Source: Acidothermus cellulolyticus 11B (lineage in GTDB: Bacteria > Actinomycetota > Actinomycetes > Acidothermales > Acidothermaceae). Taken from it: 32,000 nucleotides of DNA. Positions 1-9,433 of this stretch are shown here, in pieces. The translations under genes and the position numbers were made by a program. Under the pieces are notes generated by a model. It was not told the origin of the DNA, did no database searches, and worked only from the letters and a program-made list of their open reading frames with translations. Numbering within the stretch: position 1 is the first letter of the stretch; the number at the start of each line of letters is the position of its first letter. The stretch covers positions 2,411,541-2,443,540 of the forward strand of contig NC_008578.1 of assembly GCF_000015025.1 (NCBI RefSeq), given 5' to 3'.

Positions 1-4
1 CACC

Positions 5-40
5 GGCCGCCGCTGGGAGTAAGGCCGCGGCTGGGAGTCG
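5..40. repeat. 18-bp tandem duplication x2
   Basis: GGCCGCCGCTGGGAGTAA / GGCCGCGGCTGGGAGTCG (15 of 18 identical), downstream of rplI. Confidence 0.8.
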
Positions 41-90
41 GGAACCCACGGCTCAGCCCGCGGGAACCCACGGCTCAGCTCGCGGGAACC
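41..90. repeat. 22-bp tandem duplication x2.3 spanning the rplI stop codon
   Basis: GGAACCCACGGCTCAGCCCGCG / GGAACCCACGGCTCAGCTCGCG / GGAACC. Copy 2 holds the last 2 rplI codons and the stop (75-77); the trailing partial copy holds the 2 codons upstream. Confidence 0.9.
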
Positions 91-524
91 ACCTCGACCG
101 AAACCGTCGCGCTGACCTCCGGGTGGAGCCGCACGGTGACCTGGTGGCTGCCAATCGTCTTGATCGGGCCGCTGATCTCAATGCGCCGCTTGTCGAGCTT
201 CGGCCCACCCGCCGCGTGCACCGCGGCAGCGATGTCGTCCGGCGTGACCGATCCGAAGAGCCGGCCGCCGCTTCCCGCCCGCGCGGGCAGCGTAACCGGC
301 AGGGCCTCCAGCTGATCCCGCAAGGCACGCGCCTGATCGAGGTCCCGGATCTCCCGGACTTCCCGCGCACGCTTGATCAGCGCAACCTGCTTGACCGCGC
401 CGGGGCTTGCCGGCATGGCCAACCGCTTGGGGAGCAGGTAGTTGCGGCCGTACCCGTCGCGAACCTCCACGACGTCGCCGGGACCACCGAGTCCGGCGAC
501 CTCCTGGGTCAGGATGAGTTTCAC
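75..524 (-). CDS. rplI: 50S ribosomal protein L9 (bL9)
   Basis: 149-aa product [36 protein letters not shown]...[16 protein letters not shown] reads as full-length bL9. GTG start at 524 has GGAGGAGG just upstream. The 246-aa ORF-track extension overlaps rpsR and is rejected. Last gene of the rpsF-ssb-rpsR-rplI operon. Confidence 0.95.
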   Translation of the reverse strand: MKLILTQEVAGLGGPGDVVEVRDGYGRNYLLPKRLAMPASPGAVKQVALIKRAREVREIRDLDQARALRDQLEALPVTLPARAGSGGRLFGSVTPDDIAAAVHAAGGPKLDKRRIEISGPIKTIGSHQVTVRLHPEVSATVSVEVVPAS

Positions 525-532
525 GCCTCCTC

Positions 533-769
533 CTACCGTGCCGCGTTGGTGTAGGGCAGCAGCGCCATTTCGCGGCTGTTCTTGATGGCCGTCGCGACGT
601 CGCGCTGATGCTGCGCGCAATTCCCCGTCACCCGGCGGGCCCTGATCTTGCCGCGGTCCGAGATGAATTTCCGCAGCAGATTGGTGTCCTTGTAGTCCAC
701 GTAGGTGATGCCTTCCTTGCAGAAGACACACACCTTCTTCTTCGGCTTGCGTGCCGGAGCTTTCGTCAT
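533..769 (-). CDS. rpsR: 30S ribosomal protein S18 (bS18)
   Basis: [64 protein letters not shown] is the classic S18 core. I prefer ATG at 769 (GGAAAG about 8 nt upstream); the GTG at 778 is an alternative start. Confidence 0.93.
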   Translation of the reverse strand: MTKAPARKPKKKVCVFCKEGITYVDYKDTNLLRKFISDRGKIRARRVTGNCAQHQRDVATAIKNSREMALLPYTNAAR

Positions 770-830
770 GGTGCTCACTTTCCGTCGTGCTGATACCGGC
801 CGGTGTCCCGACCATTCGTCATCGTCGAAG

Positions 831-1292
831 TCAGAAAGGTGGTTCGTCGGAGAAGTTCCCGGTCGCTGAGCCGGCCGCCCACGGATCCTCCGCTACCGGA
901 GCGAGGCCCGCCGGCCCACCGCTGCGGGACGCCTTCGTCACCTTCGCCGACGCATTGCGCAAACTCGGACCGACGTCATCGACGTCGACCTCGAAGACGG
1001 TACGGCGCTCGCCGTCCTTGGTCTCGTAGCTGCGCTGCTTCAACCGACCCTGCACAATCACCCGCATGCCGCGGGAGAGCGACTCGGCCACGTTCTCCGC
1101 CGTCTGTCGCCAGACATTGCAGGTCAGGAAAAGGCTTTCGCCGTCCTTCCACTCGTTGGTCTGCCGGTCGAGGTACCGCGGGGTGGACGCCACCCGGAAC
1201 TTTGCGACGGCTTGACCGCTCGGCGTGAACCGCAGCTCCGGGTCATCCACCAGATTGCCGACCAACGTAATGATCGTGTCGCCGGCTGCCAT
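831..1292 (-). CDS. ssb: single-stranded DNA-binding protein
   Basis: 153-aa product [36 protein letters not shown]...[16 protein letters not shown] has an OB fold, a Gly/Pro/Ala linker and the C-terminal acidic tip SDEPPF. ATG at 1292 lies 2 nt after the rpsF stop. The upstream part of the 339-aa ORF is rejected. Confidence 0.95.
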   Translation of the reverse strand: MAAGDTIITLVGNLVDDPELRFTPSGQAVAKFRVASTPRYLDRQTNEWKDGESLFLTCNVWRQTAENVAESLSRGMRVIVQGRLKQRSYETKDGERRTVFEVDVDDVGPSLRNASAKVTKASRSGGPAGLAPVAEDPWAAGSATGNFSDEPPF

Positions 1293-1294
1293 GG

Positions 1295-1585
1295 CTACCG
1301 CGCATCCGGTCGGACCAGCTTGGTCCGCAAGACGTTCTCGTTGAGATTGAGCTGGCGGTCCAGCTCCTTGACGGTCTGCGGGTTGGCGATCAGATCGATC
1401 ACCGCGTAGATCCCCTCGGACTTCTTGCGGATCTCGTATGCCAACCGACGACGACCCCATACGTCGATCTTCTGCACGGTACCGCCGTCCTGGCGGACGA
1501 CGTTGAGGAACTGATCGAGCGACGGCTCGACGCTGCGCTCCTCGACGTCGGGGTCGAGCAGAACCATGAGTTCGTAATGCCGCAC
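1295..1585 (-). CDS. rpsF: 30S ribosomal protein S6 (bS6)
   Basis: [52 protein letters not shown] is a canonical S6 N-terminus. GTG at 1585 is preceded by GAAGGAGG. Confidence 0.95.
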   Translation of the reverse strand: MRHYELMVLLDPDVEERSVEPSLDQFLNVVRQDGGTVQKIDVWGRRRLAYEIRKKSEGIYAVIDLIANPQTVKELDRQLNLNENVLRTKLVRPDAR

Positions 1586-1634
1586 GAAAGACCTCCTTCG
1601 GTCTGACGGCCACCAGGGTGGCAGGAGGAACGCC

Positions 1635-1652
1635 GACGCCACAGTTGGCGTC
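1635..1652 (-). promoter_or_regulatory. hairpin in the rpsF 5' leader
   Basis: GACGCCA-CAGT-TGGCGTC is a 7-bp stem, extendable. A second small stem GCCACC/GGTGGC lies at about 1608-1621. Both are between the upstream gene stop and the rpsF RBS. Confidence 0.3.
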
Positions 1653-1665
1653 AGCACAGAATAGC

Positions 1666-3123
1666 TCACCCGGGTGCAAGCCGGAACTCCGCCGCGGCTC
1701 CCGCCGGCACCGCCGGCTGGGCGGCAACGGTGCTCCGGGGCGCCAGCCAGTCCGGCGCACCGTCGAGTACGCCGCCGGCGGGGTCGTCACTCCCGTCACG
1801 GCGGACGATGTCGCGTTCCGGTTTGAACATCTCGACGGTGACGAGCACACAGAGGAAGAGAACGGCGAGGTCGCGGATCGCCAGGCCGACGAGGTACGGC
1901 TGCCACTCGAGCCCCTTGCCGGGCCGTTCCACGTTGAGCAGGTACAGCCAGATCGCGAGGAAGTACAGCACCTCGCCGAACTGCCACACCAGGAACGACG
2001 GCCACCGCGGCCGCGCGAGCACCGCGAGCGGGAGCAGCCAGAGCACGTACTGGGGGGAGTACACCTTGTTGACCAGCAGGAAGAGCGCCAGCGTCACAAA
2101 GGCCAGCGACGCCAACCGGGGTCGGCGCGGCGTACTGAAGGCAATAACCGCGACGATGAGGACGACGACCACCGTGGCGACTGCTTCGACGAGATTGACC
2201 TGCCGGGTGGTGTAGCCGATGCCGCGGATTTGCTCGATCGCATACCAGATCGAACCCCAATCCGGACCGCGCTCCGCGTTGAACCGGTAAAACGTCGCGA
2301 AACCTTCCGGTGATTTCAGCCATATCGGCACGTCAACCAATGCCCAGGAGAAGGCGGCGCCGCCGAGGCAGGCGAAGAACGCACCCAGTCGCTTTGCCCG
2401 CAGGCAGAGGAGGAAGAGCGGCAGGAAGAAGATGATCGGGTAGAACTTTGTGGCAATGCCGAGACCAAAGAGCAGGCCGGCGATCGCCGGATGGCGGCGG
2501 GACCAGGCATAAAAAGCCAACGCGCTGAATGCGACCGCAATGAGATCCCAGTTGATCAAGCCGGCGAGAATCAGCCCAGGGGCGAGGGCTACCATCGCGG
2601 CGTCCCACGGACGGCGTCGATTCGTCAATGCCGTCGCGACAACGGTGATGAGAGCCGCAATCGCGAGAATGAACCAGTTGGCGTCGAGAAACCGCTGACC
2701 GGGCGTGGATTTCGGGGTGATCGGATGCTTCGCGAGCGAAGCGGTCACCTGCATCGTCGCGCCGATCAGCACCGGGTATTCGACGTAGGTCGGTTTTCCG
2801 TTGGCGTCCGGATGTGCGTCCAGATACGGCCGCTTTCCTTGGGCCAGTCCTTCGGAGTAGTAGAGCGGAAAAATGTCGGTGTAACACACGTGGCTGTACT
2901 GGAAGCCATTGCTCCACGCGGCGTTCCGGCAGGGGAGCTTCTGGGCGTACATCAGCCCGGACGCCGCAAGGACGAAGACGATGAGAACCCGGATCGGCGT
3001 CCACCACGAGCTGCCGAGAAGGGCGTGCCGGCCGAGCGGTCCGCCGAAGGCATAGCTCGCGCCGCGAACGACCGGGTCTTCCAACGTCGGCGCGGCGATC
3101 TCTGTCGGGAGAGGCGCATCCAC
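1666..3123 (-). CDS. polytopic integral membrane protein, GT87/DUF2029-like glycosyltransferase family (tentative; occupies the Rv0051 position)
   Basis: 485 aa with many hydrophobic helices by eye (at least 10). It sits between the class A PBP and rpsF, as in mycobacteria and streptomycetes. The family name is from memory and was not searched. Confidence 0.72.
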   Translation of the reverse strand: MDAPLPTEIAAPTLEDPVVRGASYAFGGPLGRHALLGSSWWTPIRVLIVFVLAASGLMYAQKLPCRNAAWSNGFQYSHVCYTDIFPLYYSEGLAQGKRPYLDAHPDANGKPTYVEYPVLIGATMQVTASLAKHPITPKSTPGQRFLDANWFILAIAALITVVATALTNRRRPWDAAMVALAPGLILAGLINWDLIAVAFSALAFYAWSRRHPAIAGLLFGLGIATKFYPIIFFLPLFLLCLRAKRLGAFFACLGGAAFSWALVDVPIWLKSPEGFATFYRFNAERGPDWGSIWYAIEQIRGIGYTTRQVNLVEAVATVVVVLIVAVIAFSTPRRPRLASLAFVTLALFLLVNKVYSPQYVLWLLPLAVLARPRWPSFLVWQFGEVLYFLAIWLYLLNVERPGKGLEWQPYLVGLAIRDLAVLFLCVLVTVEMFKPERDIVRRDGSDDPAGGVLDGAPDWLAPRSTVAAQPAVPAGAAAEFRLAPG

Positions 3124-3180
3124 AGCAGGTCAACGTATCGCGTGCCGATCCGGCGCGCGCCACGGCTCGCCGGACTCCCG

Positions 3181-5349
3181 CTACGGGCTTCCCCGCGGTG
3201 ACGGTACCGCCGATGTGGATGCGGCAGGCGACCCGGCCGACGGCGACGCCGAGGAGGACGGCGGCGACATCGGGGACGGCGACGTTGTCCCCGTCGGGGA
3301 GGGGCTCGCCGGCGACGCCGGTGTCGGCGTCGGACTCGGGCTCGGGCTCGGGCTTGAGCTCGGGCTCGGGCTTGGCGACGGCGTCGCGGCCAGCACCGTC
3401 GGCGGCACCGGGGAAAAATCGGTGACCGGCGTTCCGGCGAGGGCGGCCGTCATGAAGGCGGCCCACAGCTTGGCCGGCAGGGTGCCGCCGTAGACCTGCC
3501 GATAGCCGCCGATATTCACCAGCGGCGCGTTGCCGTCGCGGAACATCGCCACTGCGGCGGAGAGTTGCGGCGTGTAGCCGACGAACCACGCGGAAACATT
3601 GCCGGAGGTCGTGCCGGTCTTTCCGGCAGCCGGCCGGCCGATGTTGGCTGCAGTTCCGGTTCCCTCGGAGATGACGTGCCTCAACGCATACGTCACGCCG
3701 CGGGCGACCCCGGGGGCAAAGGCCTTGGCCGGCTTGACCTTCGCCTGGTAGAGCAGGTGCCCGGCGCTGTCCGTCACCTTGGTGACCAGGTAATGCTCGG
3801 CTCGCACGCCGTCCGCCGCGAACGTGGCGTAACCGGTCGCCTGATCGATTGGGTGCGCCGAGTCACTGCCCAAGAGCATCGAGCCGTTCCGGGACAGCTC
3901 CCCCGGGAGGCCGGCGCGATGGGCCGCGTCGATAACCCGGTCGAGGCCGACCTGCTGACCGAGCTGTTCGTACACGGTATTGACCGAGTACGCCGTCGCC
4001 GTGACCAGGTCGATGCGACCGAATTGCTCGTTGTTGTCATTCACGTACCGCTGGCCGCCAATGATCTGCGGCGAGTGGCCGTCGTACGTCGCGCTCAACG
4101 GAATCCCGCGTTCCAAGGCGGCTGCGAGTACGTACGGTTTGAACGACGAACCCATCGGCGGGATGGACTGCGTCGCGTCATTGAACGGCCTGGTGGCGTA
4201 GTCGGGGCCGCCGTACATGGCGAGCACCGCCCCCGTGCCGGGTTGAACGGCGGCGACACCGGTACGTACGTCAGGGGGGAGACCGCTGGTGATGCGGCTC
4301 ACCGCTTGCACCAGCGCGGCTTGCACCTTCGGGTCAAATGTCGTCACAATCCGCATGCCGCCGCGATTGATCTCATTCTCGGTGATGCCATGCGCCGCCA
4401 GCTCATCCTTGACGGCTGCGACCAGGTAGCCGTTTGGGCCGCGGAGCGCGCTCGACGCGGTGAGCGGCAAAACTCGCGGGTACTGTGAGGCGGCGCGCTC
4501 GGCCGGCGTCATCCAGCCTTTGGCGACCATGCCGGCAAGGACGTAATTCCATCGGTCATGCGCAGCCTGCGGATGAATCGCGGGATCGAGATAGGACGGC
4601 GCTTGAATGGACGCAGCGAGCACCGCTCCCTCCTGCACCGTCAACTGGCGAACGTCCTTGCCGAAATAGGCCCGTGACGCGGCTTCGATTCCGTACGCGC
4701 CGCGGCCGAAGTAAATAGTGTTCAGGTAGTTTTCGAGGATTTGATCCTTGCTCTGCGTCTGACCGATTTTGATGGCGATGAAAAATTCCTTGACCTTGCG
4801 GGTCAGGGTGCGGTCTTGCGTGAGAAAAGCGTTCTTCACGTACTGCTGGGTGATCGTGGAGCCGCCCTCGACGAAGTCCCGATGGCGCAGATCGACCAGA
4901 GCCGCCCGCAGGATGCCGATCGGCGAGACGGCTGGCTCCGAGTAAAAGTTCCGATCCTCCGCAGCGAGCACGGCGCGGCGAACCGGCAACGGTATCTGCG
5001 CCAAGGGAACCGATTCCCGGTTCCGGGCGCCGATCTCGCCGAGAACCGTCCGCCCGTCGTTGTAGTAAACGGTGGCCGCCTGTGCGAGCGACAGACTCGA
5101 CGGTTGCGGCACCCGGACCAAGGCGTAGCCGAGCGCGAAGAGCCCGGCCAGGAGCGCGATCCCGATCCCCCCGCTGAGAACAAGGACCTTCCACGACGGG
5201 ACCCACCGGCGCCAGCCGGTGCGGCGCGGTGGGGAAGCCGGACGGGTGCGCGCCGGGGATGTCGTCACGGAGCGTTTCGTACCCGGCGCGACACGGCTCA
5301 TCCGCCGTTCAGCCGAGCCGCTGTGCGACGGCCGGTACCGATCAGGCAC
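3181..5349 (-). CDS. ponA: class A penicillin-binding protein (bifunctional transglycosylase/transpeptidase)
   Basis: N-terminal TM helix. GT51 motifs EDRNFYSEPAVSPIGILRA, GGSTITQQ and RKVKE. Transpeptidase motifs SSFKP (SxxK), SVN and KTGT. C-terminal Pro/Ser/Thr tail. The start could also be the internal ATG (MSRVAPG) at 5301. Confidence 0.92.
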   Translation of the reverse strand: MPDRYRPSHSGSAERRMSRVAPGTKRSVTTSPARTRPASPPRRTGWRRWVPSWKVLVLSGGIGIALLAGLFALGYALVRVPQPSSLSLAQAATVYYNDGRTVLGEIGARNRESVPLAQIPLPVRRAVLAAEDRNFYSEPAVSPIGILRAALVDLRHRDFVEGGSTITQQYVKNAFLTQDRTLTRKVKEFFIAIKIGQTQSKDQILENYLNTIYFGRGAYGIEAASRAYFGKDVRQLTVQEGAVLAASIQAPSYLDPAIHPQAAHDRWNYVLAGMVAKGWMTPAERAASQYPRVLPLTASSALRGPNGYLVAAVKDELAAHGITENEINRGGMRIVTTFDPKVQAALVQAVSRITSGLPPDVRTGVAAVQPGTGAVLAMYGGPDYATRPFNDATQSIPPMGSSFKPYVLAAALERGIPLSATYDGHSPQIIGGQRYVNDNNEQFGRIDLVTATAYSVNTVYEQLGQQVGLDRVIDAAHRAGLPGELSRNGSMLLGSDSAHPIDQATGYATFAADGVRAEHYLVTKVTDSAGHLLYQAKVKPAKAFAPGVARGVTYALRHVISEGTGTAANIGRPAAGKTGTTSGNVSAWFVGYTPQLSAAVAMFRDGNAPLVNIGGYRQVYGGTLPAKLWAAFMTAALAGTPVTDFSPVPPTVLAATPSPSPSPSSSPSPSPSPTPTPASPASPSPTGTTSPSPMSPPSSSASPSAGSPAASTSAVPSPRGSP
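3184..3381 (-). repeat. coding low-complexity Pro/Ser/Thr tail of the PBP
   Basis: The last 66 aa read PSPSPSPSSSPSPSPSPTPTPASPASPSPTGTTSPSP... and are encoded by GGCTCGGGC-type short repeats. Confidence 0.8.
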
Positions 5350-5358
5350 GGGGAGTGA

Positions 5359-5784
5359 TCAGCCGTCGGCCGTCAACTGATCGGCCCGCGTCCGCCGCCG
5401 TCCGCCCGACCGCTGCGGCGCGCGGCCGTGACCGAGCACGAAGGTCAGGGCAAGGTGATTCCACGCGCAGCCCTGGCAGACCTCGACGACGTACACCCGG
5501 AACTCGTGGATCTCGTGCTCCATCTCCTCCAGTTCCCGCGTCGCTTTGATCCGCCCGTTGTACTCGCCGAGTGCATCGCCGTAGGTGTACGAGACCCGGG
5601 TGAGAAGTTCCTTTCGGCACACCGGGCACGGCTCGTTGGTCGGCTCACCGTGAAACTTCGCCGCGCGCAGCAGGTACGGGTGCGCGTCGCAGACGTCGCT
5701 GAGCGGTACTTGACCGCGGGCCACGGCCTGTAAGGTGGCGCGACGGGCGAGGGAGTAGTCGACCACCGATCGCATCGTCTCCAC
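5359..5784 (-). CDS. DUF5318-like conserved actinobacterial protein with two CxxC pairs (Rv0049 position)
   Basis: MRSVVDYSLARRATL...DVCDAHPYLLRAAKFHGEPTNEPCPVCRK...VVEVCQGCAWNHL. Synteny next to ponA and PadR. Start is GTG at 5784 or ATG at 5775. Confidence 0.8.
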   Translation of the reverse strand: METMRSVVDYSLARRATLQAVARGQVPLSDVCDAHPYLLRAAKFHGEPTNEPCPVCRKELLTRVSYTYGDALGEYNGRIKATRELEEMEHEIHEFRVYVVEVCQGCAWNHLALTFVLGHGRAPQRSGGRRRTRADQLTADG

Positions 5785-5833
5785 GCAGTCACACTACGCC
5801 GGTTGCGAGCCAAGCTCCGCGACTCTATCGTTG

Positions 5834-5856
5834 CGATGTATCGTGCAGATACATCG
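5834..5856. promoter_or_regulatory. perfect inverted repeat, candidate PadR operator
   Basis: CGATGTATC-GTGCA-GATACATCG has 9-bp arms and contains an ATGT...ACAT core. It lies 24 bp upstream of the PadR ATG in the divergent DUF5318/PadR spacer. Confidence 0.5.
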
Positions 5857-5879
5857 TGGTGACTGGTCGAGGAGGCTCA

Positions 5880-6479
5880 ATGGCGTCGTCCCGGCGCTCC
5901 GGCGTGCTCGTGCTCGCCGTCCTCGGCCTGCTTCACGAATCGCCGATGCACGGCTACGAGCTTCGCAAGCGCCTCAACGCCATCCTCGGTCCATTCCGGG
6001 CTTTTTCCTACGGCTCGCTGTACCCGTGCCTGAAGGAACTGCTCGCCGCAGGGCTGGTGACCGTGGACGGCGAACCAACCGGCAGCCGCAGCCGCATCGT
6101 GTACAAGATCACAGCAGAAGGCAAGGAGCATCTCCAAGAATTGCTCGCCGAATCCGGCCCGTCATCGTGGGACGACGAGAATTTCGACGTCCACTTCGCC
6201 TTCTTCGGTCAGACGAGCTCCGACGTGCGGCTGCGCATCCTGGAGGGACGGCGGAATCGGCTGGAAGAGAAGCTCGCGCAGGTCCGGGCCACCCTGGCGC
6301 GCACCCGGGAGCGGCTGGACAGCTACACCCTGCAGCTCCAGCAGCACGGGTTGGAATCCGTCGAACGCGAGGTGCGCTGGCTCACCGAGCTCATCGAGAC
6401 CGAACGGCAGACGGCATACCGCCCTCGGGCAGGCCGGGATCGGGACAGTACCGCCGGCGGGACCGGTGATTCGCCGTGA
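5880..6479 (+). CDS. PadR-family transcriptional regulator
   Basis: LVLAVLGLLHESPMHGYELRKRLNAILGPFRAFSYGSLYPCLKELLAAGLV is a PadR winged-helix domain, followed by a C-terminal coiled-coil domain. ATG at 5880 has GAGGAGG 5-11 nt upstream. The ORF-track GTG at 5856 lies inside the putative operator. Confidence 0.88.
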   Translation: MASSRRSGVLVLAVLGLLHESPMHGYELRKRLNAILGPFRAFSYGSLYPCLKELLAAGLVTVDGEPTGSRSRIVYKITAEGKEHLQELLAESGPSSWDDENFDVHFAFFGQTSSDVRLRILEGRRNRLEEKLAQVRATLARTRERLDSYTLQLQQHGLESVEREVRWLTELIETERQTAYRPRAGRDRDSTAGGTGDSP

Positions 6480-6576
6480 CGTGCCGCGAGACGGCTCATC
6501 CCGCCTGGGATGACACATCTGGGACATCGATCAGCAACGAGACCGAGTAACGATCGGAAGGGACGAGGAGCACTCC

Positions 6577-7656
6577 ATGGGTTCAATTCGAGTAGCCATC
6601 GTTGGCGTCGGCAACTGCGCCGCCTCGTTGGTTCAGGGCGTCGAGTATTACCGGAACGCAAGCCCTGACGAGCGTGTGCCGGGGTTGATGCACGTGCAGT
6701 TCGGCCCTTACCACGTACGGGACGTCGAATTCGTCGCCGCCTTCGACGTTGACGCGAAGAAGGTCGGCCTCGATCTCGCGGACGCCATCGGCGCCAGCGA
6801 GAACAACACCATAAAGATTTGCGACGTGCCCCGGACCGGCGTCATCGTGCAGCGCGGTCACACCTACGACGGGCTCGGCGAATACTACCGGGAGCGCATT
6901 CAAGAGTCCGATGAGCCGCCGGTGGACGTGGTCAAGGTCCTGCGTGACACCCAGGCGGATGTCCTCGTCTCCTACCTTCCGGTGGGTTCTGAGGTTGCGG
7001 ACCGCTTCTACGCGCAGTGCGCTCTCGACGCCGGTGTGGCGTTCGTCAACGCCCTGCCGGTTTTCATCGCCAGCGATCCGGTCTGGGCGCAGAAATTCAC
7101 CGACGCCGGCGTACCCATCATCGGTGACGACATCAAGTCGCAGGTCGGCGCCACCATCACCCATCGCGTCCTCGCCAAGCTCTTCGAGGACCGCGGCGTC
7201 GAACTGCTCCGCACGTACCAGCTGAACTTCGGCGGGAACATGGATTTCATGAACATGCTGGAGCGGCAGCGGCTCCAATCGAAGAAAATTTCCAAGACGC
7301 AGTCGGTCACCTCGCAAATCCCTCACGAGATGGAGCGTGCGGCCGTGCACATCGGCCCGAGCGACTACGTGCCGTGGCTGGATGACCGCAAATGGGCGTA
7401 TGTCCGCTTGGAGGGACGAGCCTTCGGCGACGTACCGCTCAATTTGGAATACAAGCTCGAGGTGTGGGATTCACCGAATTCCGCCGGTGTCATCATCGAC
7501 GCCATTCGAGCCGCGAAAATCGGCAAGGACCGCGGCATCGGCGGACCGCTGCTCTCCGCGGCCAGTTACTTCATGAAGAGCCCCCCGGTGCAGTACAGCG
7601 ATGACGAGGCCCGCCGGCTCGTGGAGGACTTCATCGCCGGAAAAGTCGAACGCTGA
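6577..7656 (+). CDS. ino1: myo-inositol-1-phosphate synthase
   Basis: [25 protein letters not shown]...[20 protein letters not shown]...[24 protein letters not shown] reads as actinobacterial Ino1. RBS GGACGAGGAG. It sits next to PadR as in Rv0046c/Rv0047c. Confidence 0.95.
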   Translation: MGSIRVAIVGVGNCAASLVQGVEYYRNASPDERVPGLMHVQFGPYHVRDVEFVAAFDVDAKKVGLDLADAIGASENNTIKICDVPRTGVIVQRGHTYDGLGEYYRERIQESDEPPVDVVKVLRDTQADVLVSYLPVGSEVADRFYAQCALDAGVAFVNALPVFIASDPVWAQKFTDAGVPIIGDDIKSQVGATITHRVLAKLFEDRGVELLRTYQLNFGGNMDFMNMLERQRLQSKKISKTQSVTSQIPHEMERAAVHIGPSDYVPWLDDRKWAYVRLEGRAFGDVPLNLEYKLEVWDSPNSAGVIIDAIRAAKIGKDRGIGGPLLSAASYFMKSPPVQYSDDEARRLVEDFIAGKVER

Positions 7657-7695
7657 CCGCCGATACAAGCAATCGACAGAAGCGGTTCGGAATTC

Positions 7696-7739
7696 TCGGG
7701 AACGGCGGGGATGACGAGGGGGCGTTCCGCCGTTCCCGA
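7696..7739. terminator. bidirectional hairpin between convergent ino1 and cca
   Basis: TCGGGAACGGCGG ... CCGCCGTTCCCGA has perfect 13-bp arms and an 18-nt loop. There is no clear U-tract, which is common in actinobacteria. Confidence 0.45.
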
Positions 7740-7814
7740 CGCCACCCACCCTCGGCTCAGGCAAGCCGCTGCTGACGCCCGGAGCCACGTTGCGGCTGCA
7801 GCGCCGGTTGGGGA

Positions 7815-9392
7815 TCAGCTGGTCTGATCACCGGCTGACGAGGCTTCACGGGTCTCGCCCGATGAAGCCGCCGTGTCGGGCGAGGATGCGCCTGCGTCGT
7901 CCCGAGGCGGCGGAGGTGCGGCTGTCGTCCGCGGGGTGATCCCGTGCTCGGCGGCCCATTCCCGCAGCACCGCAGCCGCGTTCTCCTTACCGATCGGTCC
8001 CCGCTCCAGGCGCAACTCCAGCAGGAAACGGTACGCACGACCGAGTTCCGGGCCGGGTGGAATCCCAAGGATTTCCCCGATTTCGTGGCCGTTCAACTCG
8101 GGCCGGATCGCGTCGATTTCCTCCTGCCGGCGCAACGCCTCGATCCGCTGCACCAGCGAGTCGTACGCCGCTTGCAGCGCCGCGGCCTTCTTCTTGTTGC
8201 GGGTCGTGCAGTCCGACCGGGTGAGTTTGTGCAGCCGGTCGAGCAGCGGGCCGGCGTCCCGCACGTACCGGCGGACCGCGGAGTCCGTCCACTCCCCGGT
8301 GCCGTAGCCGTGGAAACGCAAGTGCAATTCGACCAGGCGGCTCACGTCGTTCACGACGTCCTTGGGAAATTTCAGCGCGGTCAGCCGGGCCTTGGCGAGT
8401 TTCTTGCCGACGACTTCGTGGTGGTGGAAGGAGACCCGGCCATCGGGCTCCTTGCGGCGGGTCGCCGGCTTTCCGATGTCGTGCAGCAGCGCGGCAAGCC
8501 GCAGCACCAGGTCCGGTTCGCCGTCCTCGAGAGCAATGGCCTGGTCGAGGACCGTGAGCGTGTGCTCGTAGACGTCCTTGTGCCGGTACTCGCGGTCCGC
8601 CTCAAGCCGTCGCAACGCGGGCAGCTCCGGCAGAAAGCGGTCCGCCAATCCGGTATCGACGAGCAGAACCAGCCCCCGCCGCGGCTCCGGCGCAAGGAGC
8701 AGTTTGGTGAATTCGTCGCGAATCCGCTCAGCGGAGACCACGTCAAGCCGTGCCGCCATCGCGGTCATCGCGGCAACCACGTGCGGGTCGACGGTGAAAC
8801 CGAGCTGGGCGGCAAACCGCGCGGCCCGCAGCATCCGCAGCGGATCGTCGCTGAAGGAATCCTCCGGACGCCCTGGGGTAGTGATCCGACGACGCAGCAG
8901 GTCCCGGATGCCGTCGAAGGGGTCGACCAGCTCGTGTTCGGGCAGCGTCAGAGCGATCGCGTTGACCGTGAAGTCCCGCCGCTTCAAGTCATCCAGCAGG
9001 GATTCGCCGTACTCCACCGCCGGCTTCCGGGACGTCGGATCGTACCGCTCGGCCCGGTACGTTGTGATCTCCAGGTGGTAGCGGTCCTTCCGTAGGCCCA
9101 CCGTGCCGAAGGCGATCCCGGTCTCCCATTGGCTCTCCGCCCAGCCCTTCGCAAGTTTCAGCACCTCATCGGGCCGGGCGCTGGTCGCCAAGTCAAGATC
9201 AACGACGGGACGCTCGAGCAGGGCGTCACGAATCGACCCACCAACAAGCGCCAGCTCATGCCCGCCATGCGCGAACCGCTGGCCGAGCTCGTCGAGCATC
9301 GGCAGGACCTCGGCAAGATCGGACAGCGCCTTGGCGCGCGCTTCGGCCAGGAGGCTGACAGCGGTCATCGCGGTAACAGGCTGGCTGGACAC
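7815..9392 (-). CDS. cca: CCA tRNA nucleotidyltransferase / poly(A) polymerase family protein with HD domain
   Basis: GGSIRDALLERPVVDLDLAT is the nucleotidyltransferase head. RRDFTVNA is present, and so is the HD region LLHDIGKP. GTG start at 9392. Ala/Ser/Pro-rich C-terminal extension. Confidence 0.9.
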   Translation of the reverse strand: MSSQPVTAMTAVSLLAEARAKALSDLAEVLPMLDELGQRFAHGGHELALVGGSIRDALLERPVVDLDLATSARPDEVLKLAKGWAESQWETGIAFGTVGLRKDRYHLEITTYRAERYDPTSRKPAVEYGESLLDDLKRRDFTVNAIALTLPEHELVDPFDGIRDLLRRRITTPGRPEDSFSDDPLRMLRAARFAAQLGFTVDPHVVAAMTAMAARLDVVSAERIRDEFTKLLLAPEPRRGLVLLVDTGLADRFLPELPALRRLEADREYRHKDVYEHTLTVLDQAIALEDGEPDLVLRLAALLHDIGKPATRRKEPDGRVSFHHHEVVGKKLAKARLTALKFPKDVVNDVSRLVELHLRFHGYGTGEWTDSAVRRYVRDAGPLLDRLHKLTRSDCTTRNKKKAAALQAAYDSLVQRIEALRRQEEIDAIRPELNGHEIGEILGIPPGPELGRAYRFLLELRLERGPIGKENAAAVLREWAAEHGITPRTTAAPPPPRDDAGASSPDTAASSGETREASSAGDQTS

Positions 9393-9433
9393 GGGTTCCT
9401 AGCGTAGGGGTGTCGGGCCGGCTGCGGCACAGT

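Noticed and set aside
75-815. N-terminal extensions of ORF-track entries: rplI to 815, ssb to 1850, rpsF to 1669, ddl to 24105, cwlM to 21190, the pseudokinase to 16279, the sigma factor to 17884 and the GNAT gene to 23269.
   Set aside because: The extensions overlap upstream genes or repeat-filled spacers and lack homology-like sequence. Internal ATG/GTG starts with good Shine-Dalgarno sequences give canonical N-termini.
2333-3589. Long alternative-frame or antisense ORFs. Examples: 2333-3589 (-), 7944-9095 (+), 11129-12418 (-), 13080-14801 (+), 14041-15036 (-), 17140-17967 (-), 20011-20985 (-), 21070-22059 (-), 21794-23170 (+) and 24353-25231 (-).
   Set aside because: All overlap genes with clear family signatures in another frame. 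Their products are Arg/Pro/Gly/Ala-rich with no motifs. These are the usual shadow ORFs of high-GC DNA, where stop codons are rare.
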